Assembly (NCBI GenBank): GCA_963789265.1
Contig: CAWBKB010000001.1
Location: 1,120,001-1,184,000 of the forward strand
Length of the DNA: 64,000 nucleotides
From: an uncultured delta proteobacterium
GTDB taxonomy: Bacteria > Desulfobacterota > Desulfomonilia > Desulfomonilales > Desulfomonilaceae
Direction of reading: 5' to 3'
A model generated the notes under the pieces. The model saw nothing but the letters and a program-made list of their open reading frames with translations, was not told where the DNA came from and did no database searches. Made by a program: the position numbers and the translations under genes. Shown one piece after another: positions 61,979 to 64,000 of this stretch. Within the stretch, counting starts at the first letter, position 1. Each line of letters opens with the position of its first letter.

Positions 61979-62638
61979 TCACACGAAACGACCCTTGAGT
62001 GTTTTAAAGAGATCTTCGTTATTCTTCAAAACTTGTCCCGCTTTGGCTTCAGTCATGCCGGCACCCAACAAGATTCTCAAGGCAGATTCACGGGTTATGA
62101 GATCGTCGGGGTCATGGGCGTCAGTGTCAACTACCAGTCGAGCGCCCTGATCAAATGCGGTAGTCGCCACATGGCCGTTGGTAATACTATGGCCCGCTCT
62201 GGCAGTAATTTCCAGAAAGACACCCTTATCCGCGGCCAGCCGTGCCTCAGTGGGGCTGATAAATCCAGGATGGGCAAGTATGTCCGCGCCGGCCTCGATT
62301 CCGGCAAGATTTGTCCCTGATGCCACGGGTTCGACGGGAGATTCACCGTGCACCACAACGAATACTGCTCCGAGCCTTCTCGCTTGGCCAACCAGTTCCG
62401 CAATTTGGCCCGGGGGCGCGTGCGTGATTTCGATCCCGGGGATCACGAATGTCTCTTGAAATCGATTCAGATCGCCGGCAACCTTGACTATCCTTGGGAC
62501 AATCCAATCCAAGTTGGATCCGTCCGCATGGTCCGTCAGACCAATGGCTCGATAACCGATATTGCAGGCCCTGCGCACCAATTCGCTTGGAACAAGAGCT
62601 CCGTCGCTCAAAATGCTGTGAGTGTGAAAGTCAATCAC
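61979..62638 (-). CDS. PHP-domain phosphoesterase
   Basis: DFHTHS..SDG, TDH, HGE, AHPG, DTDAH. Confidence 0.92.
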   Translation of the reverse strand: MIDFHTHSILSDGALVPSELVRRACNIGYRAIGLTDHADGSNLDWIVPRIVKVAGDLNRFQETFVIPGIEITHAPPGQIAELVGQARRLGAVFVVVHGESPVEPVASGTNLAGIEAGADILAHPGFISPTEARLAADKGVFLEITARAGHSITNGHVATTAFDQGARLVVDTDAHDPDDLITRESALRILLGAGMTEAKAGQVLKNNEDLFKTLKGRFV

Positions 62639-62785
62639 GTTCGCCTCCGTTGGTGCGATCTAATCTCACAAGCGGCTGATATTTCGCAATATTCTGTTAC
62701 GTCTTGTCGAGGCGTGACTTTGGTTGAGACCGATTCGCTTTCAAGCAAGTGATACCGAGTTTCCGGTAGGGGCGGGTTTCAAACC

Positions 62786-62959
62786 CAATGCTGTTGACTT
62801 AAGCCGCATGCCCCTTGTCCAGGAACTTTACCTTCGACGGGCCTTCACCTCGTCATTCCGGCGGAGGCCGGAATCCAGGTTTTCCTAATCTCCCCTGGAC
62901 CCCGGCCTTCGCCGGGGTGACGGTGGGGTAGACGGAGGTCCCTTAAGTCAACAGCATTG
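62786..62959. mobile_element. 174-bp MITE with perfect 18-bp TIRs and 11-bp target duplication
   Basis: caatgctgttgacttaag / cttaagtcaacagcattg; ggtttcaaacc at 62775-62785 and 62960-62970. Confidence 0.9.
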
Positions 62960-63856
62960 GGTTTCAAACCCGCCCTTACATGTCGGCGTGCTCGCGCACG
63001 CGGTAATCAAGACAAGGTGTGTGGGGCGGACTTTCCAGCCCGCCGTTTTCCGTCATTCCCGCGCTCGTGGTCCCGCGTTTTGCAGGGTAAATTGGACAAA
63101 ACTTTTGGCAACTACTATAACTATTCTATTGCGTCTTATCGAGGCATGATTTTGGTTGAGACACTACGTTGACTCGTGCCTCTACAGGATACATGGACGT
63201 GGCAAAAACTCCAAGCGCACATCAGCCTCTCTCGTACAGTCTTTGGTTTGGAGTGGCCGAAGCGTGTGGATGCGAGGAGCAACGCGACAGGTCCCGCGAA
63301 GCGCGGGACTGCCCCTGGCGGGAAAGGGCAAGGTGAGCGGGATTTTTGAGCAGATCCTCCGCTCTTATTTTAACACCTACTCCCGTTCGCGCGAATCGAG
63401 TAGGGCGGCCCGCGGCCGCCGCATTGCTTCGGGCATGGCCCAACCTACCTCCTGATGCTGATTCGCTTTCAAACGAGTGACACCGTGCTCTCAGTGGGAC
63501 AGGCATCTTGCCTGTCGTCATGCCCGCGTACGCGGGCATCCAGACTGGTCCTCGGATCGAAGTCCGGGGTGACGAATGGTCGGCAACATGCCCGGCCACG
63601 GAAACGAGGCTGGACGACGCCGTCAAAAATCTCTTTCAATAGCCTCAGTTTTATTCTAAGATCGGCTCCAATGGCGAAGTCTTGGTCTTGCCAATTCCGA
63701 AATGAAGCTGAGGTGAATCCAACCCTATCCCTGCCGGCATTGATCTTGCCGCAGGTTCGGGGCCACAGGTGTAAGTGAAGCTTGCCGCGATTGATCTGAT
63801 GAAACTCATACTGATGACTTGCATGGACGCATAGCGTTAAAGCGATTCGACAGGCG

Positions 63857-64000
63857 ATGGAAAAAAAAGAGGCACGCATAAATTGTAGCGGTTGTGGGAC
63901 ATCCTACAAGGTGAAAATTCCCGTAACGGACAAACCCGTTAGCTTTAAGTGCAAGAAATGCGGGAAAGTTCTCAAGCTCAGGATCAAGTCGGTCCCTGCA
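63857..64000 (+). CDS. Zinc-ribbon domain protein (5' part; runs off window edge)
   Basis: MEKKEARINCSGCGTSYKV..FKCKKCGKVL. Confidence 0.75.
   Translation, partial: MEKKEARINCSGCGTSYKVKIPVTDKPVSFKCKKCGKVLKLRIKSVPA

Overview
Bacterial chromosome segment of an anaerobic deltaproteobacterium (Desulfobacterota; gene content is reminiscent of Desulfomonile, which is inference only). 1-10.3 kb is a TetR-regulated catabolic cluster: a glycyl radical enzyme (GRE) with an atypical GCVY cysteine loop, its ferredoxin-insert activase, an acyl-CoA ligase, two 3-hydroxyacyl-CoA dehydrogenases and a xanthine-dehydrogenase-family FAD subunit. 10.6-20.0 kb is a degenerate genomic island bounded by a 47-bp duplication of the tRNA-Thr(CGT) 3' end. 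It has no integrase and carries flavoenzymes, a NUDIX plus truncated SRA/HNH-like pair, a Cys-repeat GcvH-like protein and an extra IHF. 20-64 kb is mostly core genes (ihfB, HU, hflX, argJ, rny, 6S RNA, zapA, dusB, glmU, argC, guaB, sppA). Their intergenic spaces hold many REP-like palindrome families, IS4-like MITEs (some nested), one IS1182, and toxin-gene stumps. A recurrent 17-bp hairpin, YCCCGCG-NNN-CGCGGGR, replaces short segments inside unrelated REP families. Six single-base frameshifts in otherwise intact genes look like assembly errors. No CRISPR array or rRNA was seen. All family assignments are from motif recognition, not database searches.
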